Assembly (NCBI RefSeq): GCF_001194135.2
Contig: NC_068987.1
Coordinates: forward strand, 13,759,222 to 13,823,221
DNA: 64,000 nucleotides
Origin: Octopus bimaculoides
Lineage: Eukaryota
Direction of reading: 5' to 3'
Part shown: in pieces, positions 25,924 to 39,903 of the stretch
How positions within the stretch are numbered: position 1 is the stretch's first letter
Layout: each line of letters opens with the position of its first letter
Translations under genes and position numbers: made by a program
Notes under the pieces: model-generated
The model's database searches: none
What the model was told of the DNA's origin: nothing
The model's input: only the letters and a program-made list of their open reading frames with translations

Positions 25924-27517
25924 TTCTCTATTGGCCAGACATGTTTTCCATGGAAGATCAGAAATGAACATCATCACTTGTAGGAGAGCTGTAAATGAGT
26001 TCCACCATTAACTGGAAGTTAAAACCCTGTGGCAGACTGACATCTGCTTCAAGGGATGTTGTAATCTCAGTCACCTATATGTCAGATTAAGAGCTGGCCC
26101 TATGAGTCCTAGAGCTCATAACAGGCCTAAGCATAACTCAATTGAATCAGTAAACCTGAGAAAGCATATTTCTTATTTTTTACTTGTTTCAGTCATTTTA
26201 CTGCAACCATGTTGGGTTACTGCCTTGAAGAATTTTTAGCCAAATTAATCAACCCCACCTTAAATTCAAAGCAGTCAAAGGGAATTATTAGGAGTAGCTT
26301 TTCATAACATCAAAACGAATTCATTCTCTTTGCCAAATGGTAGATTGTATAATGCATGTAATTGAATGAAGTGTGATACTGTATGTCACTGAACACAGAA
26401 GACTTGTAATTTGTGAAGAAGGAATCATGATGGAATATATTTTGGGTGCTCAAGATGAAGTATCACTATTGAGCTGAATGCAGTTGAGCTAGTGATAAAA
26501 TATGCAAACAGTTGAAATTTGGATCAGTTCTCACAAAAATTAGTTTAGTTAGTAAAAGATTGGATCATGTATTCTGTTAGGTGTTTAATCTTGTTTATTA
26601 AGATGAACTGAAAATGTGTTCAAATTTTATCCAACTTCATGATGCTAGGTCTCACAGGAAAAGTAAAAGGAATATGCATGTATATGTTTATATATGTATG
26701 TTTACATATATGTGTGTTTGCATATATATATATTTGTGTATGTTTACACGTTTGTATATATATATATATATATTTGTGTGTATATATATATATATATATT
26801 TGTGTATGTTTACACATGTTTGTATATGTAAATATATTTATATATTTGTGCATGTATTGCCAGAAGGGAAACCGTTACTCATATACATGAAGAGAATAGA
26901 AATAGAGAAAAAAAAATAGATATTAAACAATCGACAACAGCAGATGGTCTACTAATACCGTAACAGTGTTTCTCAATTGCTTTGAACTACTTTTCCATCG
27001 TCACAATTTCTTTTAACTTTAACTTTGTTTCATAACACACTACCACAATATCAACATGTTTTGTAAATATTTAAACCCTGAATGTTTTCCACTACATTTT
27101 TCGGGTGTGATGAAAATAGTTGATATATAAATTCTTATTTATAACAAATTAAAGTAATAACCTATAAATTCTCTCCGTCTTCTAACATTACTTTTTCTTT
27201 CTCATTTTCAGCATATGTTTTTTGCATTTCTTTCTAGAAAACACACACACACACACATTTATATATATATACTATGAACATTCACAACCAAATTAAACTA
27301 TCACTGTGATGTAAACCAATTGTATAATAGTAATAAGCAACTGAAAAAGCTATTTGTATTTTCTGTTTTAATTACTGATATGTACCTTTAATATCATTAC
27401 TTATTCACTTAATATAGAGCATCTGGTTTTGGCCTTAACTGAGCCATTTCAATTACATTCTTCATTTCTTAGATGGCTATTTCAATTCTAAGTCTCCAGA
27501 AAACAATCACACATTTC

Positions 27518-27739
27518 TTAACCCTTTGGCATTCAGATTACTCAGTCAAATGTAATTTTTACTCACATTGGTTTGAATTAATCATGGCTTATTTCAGAGC
27601 TTCGGTATTTCAGTGACATGATTAAATTTTTAAATGACATTGTAGGGTAGGTATAAGAAGCCAGTTCTGGCTGGTTTGAACATGAAGACAAATATAATAT
27701 TTTGGCTGGATATGGCCAGATTAAATGTTAAAGGGCTAA
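27518..27739. mobile_element. piggyBac-like (TTAA) MITE
   Basis: TTAACCCTTTGGCATT...AATGTTAAAGGGCTAA termini; same family as 46508, 58925 and 60069, in the opposite orientation. Confidence 0.7.
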
Positions 27740-30700
27740 TAATAATTTTTTTTTTTCTTAATTTTTAAATCTAGTTTAATGCAGAATTGTCTGATTGTTG
27801 CTTTAATTAATTTATACTACCAATTTCTTTTATATTAATTAAATAAAAATTAATGTGTATTAATACCTTATACATTCTTTTATATATATATATGTATATA
27901 AGCACAGTCATGTCTGCAGGGTTGAAGAATTTACTTTACACTCAAATGGTTTGGTTTTCAGTCCTACTGTGCAACACTTTGGGCAACTGTCTTCTATTAT
28001 AGCTTCTCTCCAACACAAGCATTCTGAGTGAATTCTGTAGGTGGAAACTGAAAGAATCCTCTCGTGTGCGTGTTTGTGTCTCCTCGTCTGGACAACATAC
28101 ACTTGTTGTAAACAAACATCACCATTATACAGTGTTATTCATTTGCAATCTTCCATTAAAACATGTCCAGCTATTGTGCTGCTCACAAAACATTTTCCAG
28201 CCATTGTGCTACTCATCTTTGAAGGACTAGAGAAAATATTACCTTGCTTAGAGGCAGGAAGAGCATCCAGCTGTTGAAAACCTGACTCAATAAATCTCAT
28301 CTAATTCATGCAAGCATGGAAAAATGGTTATTAAAATAATGAATGATGAGGACACTATATTTCTTCTACATTTTGATTACTTGTTCTTGTTTAACCCTGG
28401 GTCTGCCCTCATTGAGTAGACTTACAATTAAAGGAATTCCAGCTGGGACCATTTGGTTTCCACCCCAACAAAAGATTTTAGAATATGAATTGAGGAAATT
28501 TTGTGTACTATTTCTAGTGACTTGAGTGGCCACATAGCGGTTTCATTGCAGTTTGTATCTTCATATGGTGCCAGTTTCATAATTAGATACAGCCTTTGAG
28601 AGGTACATATCTTTTCCCAGTGACACACCAGCACTGGTGATGGGGCCGGGGGAGCTGACTGACTTAAACATCTGCATTTCTCCTTATATGTACAGAGTAT
28701 TTCTTTAAAGAAGGAGCATTGCTTTTTTTTTTTTTTTTTTTTTTTTTTCTGTTTCATGATATTCATGTTGTCTTTTACCTGTGTCTGCTATAAACATTTA
28801 TCAGGATCTGTAAAGTGAAGTAAACCTGCCAAATGTTGATTAAGCCAAAAGTCCATGTTCCTTAACATGAATTATAAAATTAATTGTTTGGTAAATATTA
28901 TCAACATGTGTAGGTATGCGTGGGTGTTTTCGCATTTCAAATGTGAAGATATCAACATAAAAATAGCTTTTGAAGATTTCATTTCGTGTCGTTCATTGTG
29001 TGGGGTTGTTGTTTTTTTTCTTTTTCTTTTTTTTTTACCAGTTTATTTATGCATGTATTTCAGTACGTTCCTTTTCTAATAATCTCTTGCGTTGTATTTT
29101 TCTTTGGCTTCATGCGCTCTGCTTTCTGAAGTGTTGTTCTTCCACTCCAGCAAGGGAAGGGAAGAGGTAAACACAGCTTGTTTGCTCAACCTCAAACTTT
29201 TCTATCAATTTCGAGTTTTGTCAGTATTTTACTGTGAAAGCCTTTCAGCTGAGATGAGTGCTGTTCAAGGATAAACATATTGAAGAACTTAAAGCTGAGG
29301 GATCGGGTTTTGAAAGGTTAAGTAAATGTAGAAAATACAGCGAGAGAGAGTGCATGTGTGTGTGTGTAAGAGAAGGAGAGGAAGATATTAATAATATATA
29401 GTGAATATTTTAGTCATTAATTTAAAAGAATATAATTAAATGAATTTCAAATCATTGTAATATATATTCACATGGTTAGCTTGTTTTACCAAATGAACAC
29501 ACAAGACTCTTTGCTAGTTAAACAGCAATTTTCACCAAAGAAAATTTAAAGCTATATGAACTGAAAATGCTTTTTTAAAATAATATTTTCTTTAATTAAA
29601 TCTGATGGATGTATACTTAAGAATTGATTTTATCTCATGCAGACATATATCTGTAGCAAGTTGTCATTATAAATACATATGTTTGCAATAAATTGAGTTG
29701 AAGAAGAGACTGTTTTGAGATTGATGTAAAGCGATAAGGAAAACCAAGGTATTTTAAATAGATTAGCAAATATCTCAATTGGATGATGACAAGCGAATTG
29801 TCACTTGATAAAAGATACTAAGTTGTCTCTGTTAATTATTTTGGCAATTTTCTTTTTTTCTTTCTAATTCCCGTTTTAAACCTAGTTTTCATGTAGAATG
29901 GTTGTTGAGCATTTCTATATCGTTAAAGCAGTTGATCTGATAGTTTGATGCTCTCCCTACTGTTAATAAGAGTGGAACCTATTTGTCAGTCAGGCAAACA
30001 ATGTTTGTGCTTTTACTAGGAACTATTTCTCCTCTGCATAACTGCTGATCCTCTACAAGGTACATTGCACCACACACATACAAGCTTACTAAACACATAT
30101 GTGGAATAGAGTTGCTGCTATACACATGAACATTCCAGGCTGCATCTTAAAAAAAAAGCCTTTGCCTTTCCCAACATCAGTGGCGTGGAGAGGGTAACTT
30201 TCTAGGTGCAATCCTATGGTCATCCATGACCGAAGGGGGTCTTTACCCTTTACATTGCATTATATTAATTAAAAGAAATTCAAAGAATTCTCTGAAATAA
30301 AAAAACCGAAACTCATTACTGGGAGTAAGTTGATCCTTGTTAACTGAAAGAAATATAATAAACGGAAGTTTGACCTAAAAATAACTGGGAGTGGAGAAGT
30401 CCCCAAAGACCACTTTTTTTACTCAATTTTTGAAACATTTGGATGGCAAAAACTGTTTGGCTCCTTTCATTCTTAACTAAGGTTGAGGATCACATACATG
30501 AACCCACCAAAATGGAGAATAAAGTGTTGAAAATTCATCAGATTGAGTGACTATAACTGCAACATGGCAATGCTTAAGTGAAGACTTAATCTCGGAAACA
30601 AGAGCCACTCTACCAAAATGACTGAAGCATCGAAATATTCCAAGCATTAGAAAGCTGATAAGTTTTGTTGTAAACCATCTCACTAACACACAACAGATGC

Positions 30701-32169
30701 TGAGAGATCAAAGTTTGGAGACTTAAAACTATCAGCATATGCATGTAAAGCCTAGAATACAGCCAGCAGTCACTCATGAGTGGGTATGGCTCACTTGCTT
30801 TTACTATGCTTTTTTTTTAAATTGTTTTAGATACATCTGTAGTCTCAAGCAGACATACACCTTCTTTCCTTTGGCCCAGTAGAATATCCAACACATAGCA
30901 GCTGGAGAATGAGTGGTCTGCACCAACACATGCCCAGTACACATTACAACAGAGTAGACTGGAGCAATGTAAAACAAAGTGGACACAACACACCACCCAA
31001 TCCAAGAATTGAACTCATGATCTTATGCTCATGAGCCAAACACCCTAACCACTAGACTATCGACCTTCACTGTAAAAACTATATATATTTCATTTCCCAT
31101 TACCTCCCAAACATTGTAATATACTACTTCAGTGATACAAAGTCAAGTTAGCAACAGGGAGAGCACCCAGCTTTAAAAACAATGCTTCAGTACATATTGG
31201 TCATGCCTATGCTAGAATGGGAAGAAAAAATTGGACATAAAACAATGGACAAATCCCAACATTAATTATTCAGGTTGCTTCAATATTATAAGTTTGTTCC
31301 ATTAATATTTATATTTCCTGTTGAGGAAGTTGACACATTGCAAGCCATTCCTAGTGCAAGTAATTAGTAACCTATTCAAGAAGCTCTGACTCAACCCAGC
31401 ATTGAAGGATTTATGAAGTTATTCAATTTGCTAGATTTGGGAGCCAATTCTTTCTCATTCCCGATCATCTTAGGTAAAGGATACATTTAACAATTTAGTC
31501 TTGAATATACAAAATAGACAGGAGAGTCTCAGCTAGAATATTTTTGATCATGGCTTATTCAATCAGAGATGAGTTGAGACTTAACAACAACATTATTATT
31601 ATTATTATTATTAAGGTGGCAAGCTAACAGAATCATTAGCACGCCGGGCAAAATACTTAGCAGTATTTCGTCTACCGCTCCGGACATTCAACTTGTTTTG
31701 GTAAAAGTACATTTTGGCACTGGAGGTAAATTTGCATTTATGCACACAAATATACCCCTACAGATAGAGAGAGGGAGAGAAAGAATGACATTACACATGC
31801 AAACATAATTAGATCTTCACACACATAAAGAGAGAGAGAGAGAGAGAGACATTAGACATAAACATGAATATAATTAGATATATAAACTGAGTAGGGGAGA
31901 GAATGAGAGAAACATTAAAACATCTGATGTCAAATAAGTCAGCAGTGCTCAAAACAGCTTTGCCAAAATGTCTCATACCTACCGTGAGACACATGGCAGC
32001 CATCATCCTCCAGTGTCTAATCTGCCACAGTTTTACTGCTCTTTTCCAACTGATCCTTATACATTTAAGGTCTTCCAGGATTGTTCCTTTTTTTGTTTTC
32101 TTTGTAATAGTCTCTCTGTCATTTGCAGTCTTTGTATGCTGATACAAAATATTACCTGCCAGGTGAAGT

Positions 32170-32520
32170 GGATGGAGGACACTGGAGAAGTACAATGGAA
32201 AGGCTTTGGGATTTGGCCTTTTTCAATGACATTGCACTCCTGACAAAAATAAGAGCTGGTCTACAAGAACTATCAAGCTCAAAGAATAATCAGGAAAAAA
32301 AAATTAAGCTTGGAATTAGCTGTGAAAAGACCAAGATGATACTGATTACTACAGCAACCTAACCTTCCATTTTTGTCAGACAGCAAGTTGTGTGGAAGAT
32401 GTGAACAATTTCTCCTATCTTGGCAACGTTATCTGCAGTGATGGAAGTATAGATAGCGATGCAAAACGGAATTGGCAAAGCAGAAGCTGTATACTCCAGC
32501 ATGTTTGACCTAAACTGAGC
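32170..32520 (+). mobile_element. LINE (RTE-like) reverse-transcriptase relic
   Basis: WDLAFFNDIALL...LQEL...KLGISCEKTKM (decayed FADD motif), then VEDVNNFSYLGNVICSDG...RIGKA after frameshifts. Confidence 0.78.
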
Positions 32521-33391
32521 AACAACATGATTTGGCTATATAGTGCAGTATGAATGTGAGAAGCATTAACAATATCTCCAAAACACATGATAGCTGAGTC
32601 AAATTTGTAGGAAATTTCAATAAGCTCAGTCACTGTGGGAAGCAAAGAATCTAATTTTTTTGAGCTCTTGCCTTTTACCTAAGAATGAGAAGATAAATGG
32701 TGTTGACTGATGCTTTGCTTATTAGCTAGTAAAATTTAGTTTATGGTGGTGTACATGATTCTTTTATTTAAAATTCTAATTATTATTATTATTATTGTTT
32801 ATGCCCTAAACAAGCAAGCACAAGTAGAACCCTTTTTAATCTTTTTTCATTTATACTTCATTAATGCGATTGTTTATTTTTAGACTGACATTGTAGGGTA
32901 GGTGTGAAAGGCTGGATTTAGCCAGTTTGAACTTAAAACCAGTAGAATGTTTTAGCCAAATATAGCTGGTTTAAATCCAAAAGGGTCAAATACTGCTTTA
33001 ATAACAATGTATTTGTTTAATCCAAGGGGGAGAGGGGAATGTATGTCAAAAAGACTAAATTCATTGAGTTAGGGCAATGGTTCGTAACCAAGTCCATACA
33101 ACCCCTGAGAGTCCATGTAAGATTTTTGTGAGGCCACACAAGCAGAATAGTAAATTGGGGATCCACAGGTGTATTTTAAGGGTCCATGAAAAGATGTTAC
33201 TTTGGATGTATTTATTGTAAGAAACAGCCAAGTTTCTTTCTCTGTTGTTTTTCATAGTTCAGCTTTACACAAGTTGACATAGGAAAAACAAAATAAGAAA
33301 TTTGAAAGAAGTAACTATAAAAGTAGTTTTTAAGCATTGAATGGCTATGGGAGTCCACCAGAATAGAATTGTAATCAAAAGGGTCCATAAG

Positions 33392-33800
33392 GGCACAGGA
33401 GTGGCTGTGTGGTAAGTAGCTTGCTTACCGACCACGTGGTAAGTAGCTTGCTTACCGACCACGTGGTTCCGGGTTCGTTCCCACTGCATGGCACCTTGAG
33501 CAAGTGTCTTCTACTATAGCCTCAGGCTGACCAATGCCTTGAGTGGATTTGGTAGACGAAAACTGAAGGAAGTTCGTCATATATATGTATTTATATATAT
33601 ATAGATCTGTGTTTGTCCCCCCACCATCGCTTGACAACCGATGGTGGTGTGTTTACCTCCCTGTAACGTAGCGGTTCGGCAAAAGAGACCGATAGAATAA
33701 GTACTAGGCTTACAAAGAATAAGTTCTGGGGTCGATTTGCTCGACTAAAGGCGGTGCTCCAGCATGGCCGCAGTCAAATGACTGAAACAAGTAAAAGAGA
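33392..33800 (+). mobile_element. tRNA-derived SINE (family b), with a short tandem duplication in the head
   Basis: GTGGCTGTGTGGTAAGTAGCTTGCTTACC head, internal (TA)n, GACTGAAACAAGTAAAAGAG tail; a close inverted copy is at 49094-49471. Many more decayed copies of families a and b are scattered through the window. Confidence 0.8.
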
Positions 33801-35546
33801 AAAGAGAGAGTAAGTAAAAAAAAATGGTTAAGAACTACTGAGTTAGAGTTAGAATTTTGTGTTGAAGCTATATTCTGTTTGTTTGCTAATTGCCTTTAAA
33901 CAGATGAAAAACATCAGAGCTTAGATTTAAAGTTCATTTCTTACAAGCCAACTATTCCATCTCAATAGATTTAGGGGTGAACATTGCTTTTCACCCTTCT
34001 GAGGTCAATGAAATGAAGTATCTATCAAGTACTGGGTATTCAACTTTATCAATTAATACCCTCTCCAGAAATCTGTGGTCATGTGCTAACGATAAGGAAT
34101 ATTATTCATAGGTTCTTAACCATTTTATCCAGCAAGTTAATTCCTCACACGCATTAACTGTTAGTAGGATTAATATCTTAACTATTTATCAGTAAATAGA
34201 AATTTCAAAATTCCAGTTTTTTAAACTCCTGTCAAAACTGTAATATTTTTTATTTCTTTTGTTAATTTATTAAAGAAAATATTTTTTTTCTTATAGAAAA
34301 GCTAAATTGCTGACTGAGTGAAATGTGAAGAAATATAATCTTGTATAAATTACTCTCTCTACATGAACTTCCAATATTTTAAATATTTGTACTAAGATTT
34401 TTAATTTTCTGTATATTAAGCTCAAGTTTTTTTTATATATATATATGACTGATTTCAGTTGATAAATGTTAAACAAAGAAAAAAAAGTTGCTCTTGTTTC
34501 TCAGTTTCAAAAATTACAGTTCTTTGTATATAAAATATATTTATCAACAAGATTTCTTACACTATTTGTAGTTTTAGATTTTTTTTTTTTTTTTTGTCCT
34601 TCTGAGATACCCTTTTCAGTTGTAAAAACAAAAAAAAATGTTTATTATTTTTCTGATATTTCATCTCCCTCTCACTCATACTCCCTCTCTCTCCTTCATC
34701 CTTTTACTTGTTCCCTTCCTACTGTACCTCTCTCTCTTGCTATGTATTCTTTCCTTCTGCTTTCTTTACTTATTTTTTCCCCTCTTCTTCTCCCTTCCCA
34801 TAATGACAATCAACAAGAGTATTAAGAAGTCATATTCACTAATATTCCACTTAACCATGTAATATACAAATGCCTCAAGTTCTCTTAGTTTATTGTGAAA
34901 TAAAGACTACACTCACTATAAGTATTATATATGTCTGTTCAAAACATTTGCATTTCAATGCAACTGCACCTCATATTAATTCTGAATTCCTCCTCTTTAA
35001 AAGTAGGGGTTTTTTTTTCTTTTGGTGTGGGGGAAGTAATTGTATTGACTTATGTTTTTATAGATTTTTTTTCTTTGCTTTTAAAAGCTTCTCGTGTTGA
35101 ATATATTAACACTTAGCTATTGTTTTTCATGCAGATGGCATCTCCGAGTTATTTAGTCTCTAAACAATTTTTTTTTTCATGCCAGCCTGTGTACAATCTT
35201 ATACATCTACTTAGTGGTTATTCCATTATTACTTCAGCAAATGTGAAGGCATGTGACCAAATGATTAGGGTGTTGGGCTCATGATCATCAGGTTGTTGGT
35301 TCAAATCCTGGACAGGGCAGTGCATTATATCCTTGCACAAGGTACATCATTTTGTATTGCTCTACTCTACTGTGCTGGTGCGCTTCTCTCTCTCTCTCCC
35401 TCTGGTTGTTATATCCCACATATTCTATTGGCTCAAAGTGGGTTGCCAGAGAGCATGTCCATCATCATCATCATTGTTTAACATCCACTTTCCATGCTGG
35501 CATGGGTGGATAGTTTGACAAGGAGCTGGCTAGCTATTATGTACAT

Positions 35547-35677
35547 CAGTGGTCCGCAAAGGTAGGACTGGGGGTCTGTGAACATGTTAAGCTGACAGAC
35601 TTTCCAATATCCTTGGGTCCAGGGAAAACTCATTTAAATGAGAGGGACCTTAGTAGTGAAAAATTTGGGAACCACTG
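35547..35677. mobile_element. Short hAT-like MITE
   Basis: CAGTGGT...ACCACTG termini; perfect 8-bp TSD ATGTACAT at 35539-35546 and 35678-35685. Confidence 0.8.
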
Positions 35678-37133
35678 ATGTACATGTATGCTAAGTATAC
35701 CACAAATATATATTTTGCATATTCTGCATATAATTCTGGCGGGGGGAGTCCAAATGTTAAATCCAATTTTTGATTCTTCAACTGTAAGTGAAATAGAATT
35801 TTTAACTAAACCTAAAAAAAGTGAAAAATATGTCACAGGCAATTTAGAGTTTAATTCTCAGACCAGAGGAAATCAGATATGCCCTAAGCCGTCAGATTAG
35901 TCTGGCTAATATATATATATATATATGTGCGTGTGTGTGTGTTTTCTTTTCTAATAATGTTTGTATCGTGGTCCTCAATCATTACCCTCTTTGACTGGAT
36001 GGCATTTTAAACTTCCCTTCTACTTTGCCAGAAAAAAAACCTAAAAACTACTGCAGACTATTTTAATCAAATAGAAACTGATTTCACACAGTGATTTATG
36101 GTCCGTATTTTCTTATATAATCTCCCTGTGGTATGTGTCTCGTTTTACATATTTGTGTTGATTTATGCCGTTAAATTTTCCTCATCATCATTATCATCCA
36201 CTTTTCCATGCTTACATGGGTCAGGTGGTTTATTGAGGTAGATTTTTCCACAGCTGGATGCCCTTCTTATTGCCAACCCTCACCTATTTCCAAGCAAGGC
36301 AATATTTTCCTAAGGCCAGGTATGTTTTTTGCATAAGACTGGAAATGAATGACACTGCTTGTATAACAGTGACATTTATTTACAGCAGTCACATAATATC
36401 AAAACAAGGGGACACACTCAAATCCATCCATCCATCCATCCACACATGCATGCACACATTGAACAGCCTTCTTTCAGTTTCTGCCTACCAGTCCCAGGAC
36501 TTATTTTTAATCTTGTACTTATTCCATCAGTGTTTTTTGCCACACCATTTAGTTACATGGAAGTAAACAAACCAACACTGGTTATCAAGTGGTGGTGAGA
36601 AACAAACACTCACACACACACATATATATGATAGGCCCTTTTCAGTTTCTGCCTACAAAATCCACTAACAAGGCTTTAGTTGGTCTGGGGTTATAGTAGA
36701 AGACACTTGTCCAAGGTGCCTTACAGTGAGATTGTACCCAAAACCACCATGTGCTTGGGAGACAAGCTTCTTAACCATGCAGAAAGTTCTTGAACACGGT
36801 CAAAATATATTTTTTAATTTTCTTTGAAAAAAATTAATCATCTGTAAAAAATCTTTTACAAAACCAGATTAACATAGACTAAGGTTTTTCATCAAATCTG
36901 TCGTCATATTTTTATTTTAAGATAGTTTTTTGAAGAATGTTTTTTTCTAAAATTCTACACGTACGTACATGCTTACATGCATACATATATGTGCACACAC
37001 ACACACACACAATGACTGGCATTTATGGCAACAAATACAAACAGATGTGATAATAAATGACAACCACAGAATATTTGAATTGAGCCAATAAATATTATAT
37101 TAAATCTAAAAGTACATGGTATTNNNNNNNNNN

Positions 37134-37192
<59 letters not shown>

Positions 37193-37637
37193 CACACACA
37201 TACACTATATATAGTTGCCTAGATATTTGACCATATACATACATTAATTATGGTCATATCTACAAATACACACACAGAATTATTTTCGGTTGACAAAGAG
37301 TATTACTGTTGAGATTTATTTATTCATTCAGTTTTACATCCCTCCTGTGTAATATACACCATTGACGGTGTAGTTCCTGTAAACATCTTAAACCTTAGGA
37401 ATCTTTTTTTCAATTCACCTCTGCCGATTTCTTCCTCGTTCTCACTCCCCCCCCCACACACACACACACACCTATTGTTTCCTTCTATAGAATTGTGTAT
37501 TTTAGTTATTTTTCACTACTAGTGTTTCTAAAAATAGCAAAACCAATTTCACAAGATTCCCAATGTGAATGTCACTTCATCGTTACATGAATTGACTGGT
37601 AGGGCGGTGATAGGTGTTTATCGGGTATTGAAATAAA

Positions 37638-37676
<39 letters not shown>

Positions 37677-37986
37677 GGGTAGTTTGCATACGATGATGTA
37701 ATAATGATTTTTTTTTAATCCCTGAAAAAAAGAAATTACATATACACACACACACACACTCATATGTTTACATACATGCACACAATCATCCATACATATA
37801 TATGCCCGTATACTCTGTCTTTTACTGATATATGTATATTACTGTTTCTTTACTATATATATATATATTTCTATTTTTATTTTATATTTATGTGTATAAT
37901 TATATATATGCATGTATATGTGTGTCTGTATAGCTAATACAGCTTTACACTTCATAAAATCTAGACCTTGTCTATTCTTTCTTTTT

Positions 37987-38023
<37 letters not shown>

Positions 38024-38613
38024 CCAAGAGATGGGATTTCTCTTTCTTATTTCCTTCTTTTAAAGAATTTCTTCATTTCTCCATTTGCTTGTTAGTTTGT
38101 TTATGCATTTCTTACATTGACAATCATATGACAATTGAGCATATGTTGTGTTGATAGAAAACAATGTTCAACTGGGAAAGAGATAGCTGTTGTCAAGTTT
38201 GAAAATGATGTCAACCAAAAGGAACCACCAGCACCAGCACCACCACAGCCACAGCCCTCTCCACCCCTCACCCCTATTCTCTACAACAGGTTCTCCTGTT
38301 CCTGATGACACCACTGCCATCAGCCAGTAGTTAAACATGTATGTCGAAACATCTAATTACATACATGCTCACCACATGCTCTCCCCTCCCCATATCAATA
38401 CTTGTTGCCTCATCGCTAACCTTTCTCATTTCTTTGATTCCCTGTGTACGTATGTATGTGCTTGTCTGTGTACGTATGCCTATGCAATGCTGTTTACATC
38501 CCTATTAGGCTCACATACACATATACACGCTCGCATACATTCATATAAACTTTCTCAAAATAATCGACACACCCCTCTCTTTTTTTTCTTTTGTCTACCT
38601 GTTTTTACTTTTA

Positions 38614-38652
<39 letters not shown>

Positions 38653-39861
38653 TTTACTTTCACTTTATTGAACAGCCAGCTTTTAGGCACGCGCGTACAC
38701 ACTGATACATACATGTGCAGATGTTCAGGTTCGTTTTATTAACTACCCCCCTCCACTCTTGCTCTCCCTGTCTATCTCTCTCTCTCTATCTCTCTCTCTC
38801 TCTCTCTCTCTTCCTAGCACATGATTACGTAATGCTGACATCATCTTGCAACACAGACCCATAGATGCATGCAGTTGTGGCTGGGCTGTATCAAGTCACT
38901 GCTGTACATAACATTAACTAAAAATTGAGCATTCAGTCACTTAACAAAATATAGTCTCGCTCTTCTTGCAGACTCTTGTACTATAATGCACTCTTCCGAA
39001 CCACTTCATGCTAGTCATCTATCTGCATATCAGTGAGAAGGGCTGTTTGTTTGTTGTTCGTTCTTGTTAATCAAAATCCATCTATTGATAACCAAAATGC
39101 TGAAGTTAAATACATAAATATAAAGAAAACATTGTAAAAGGAAAAAGATGCCAAGCACATTCTATTAACGATTTTTAGCATCAAAATTATTTGCTTGGGT
39201 GTGTGGTTGGTAGTTTATTAATTTTTTTGAAAATTTAATTTTTTTTTTTTTTTTTTTCCCTTTATCTCATACACAGTATATTCAGTGCAAAATAAAAGGT
39301 ACCCCATTGCATCAGAAGGGGAGCAGATTTGTGATGCCCTCCCCACTCCTACATGTTTTGATTCCTCTCCTTGATAAATTATTGGTTATTCTTTATTCTG
39401 CTTATAATCTATCCCCCCCCTCACTCTCTCATTATTATTACCATTATTATTATTTAAGCGGTGAGTTCATTGAATAGGAAGAGTGACAGACAAAATGTCT
39501 TTCTGTATTTTGGATGCTTTCCTCCCTTTATGTTCCAAGTTCAAATCCTGTTGAAGTCAACTTTGACTGTTATCCTTCTGGAGTGGTCAGGTGTTGGTTT
39601 CATATAATCAGTTATGCACCCACTAAATTTGAAGCCTTTGTACCTTTGCAGAATCAGCAGAGCATCAAACCAAATCCTTGTATTCATTTCAGCTTTTTTA
39701 CATTTTTGAATGCAAATTTCACTTAGGTTAACTTCACCTTATGTCCTCCTGGAGTTGATAAAATATGGGATATACCAAATACTAGAGTCAATTTCATCAA
39801 CCAATCCCCAATTTTCAAGTTTTGTACTTCAGCTATTATTATTACGATCATCATCATCATC

Positions 39862-39903
<42 letters not shown>

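Noticed and set aside
28428-28766. 112-aa minus-strand ORF
   Set aside because: The poly-Lys comes from a poly-T tract and there is no recognisable domain.
38132-38306. Proline-rich open frame (KEPPAPAPPQPQPSPP)
   Set aside because: No ATG, weak splice sites, explained by a (CCA/GCA)n low-complexity tract, no recognisable homology.
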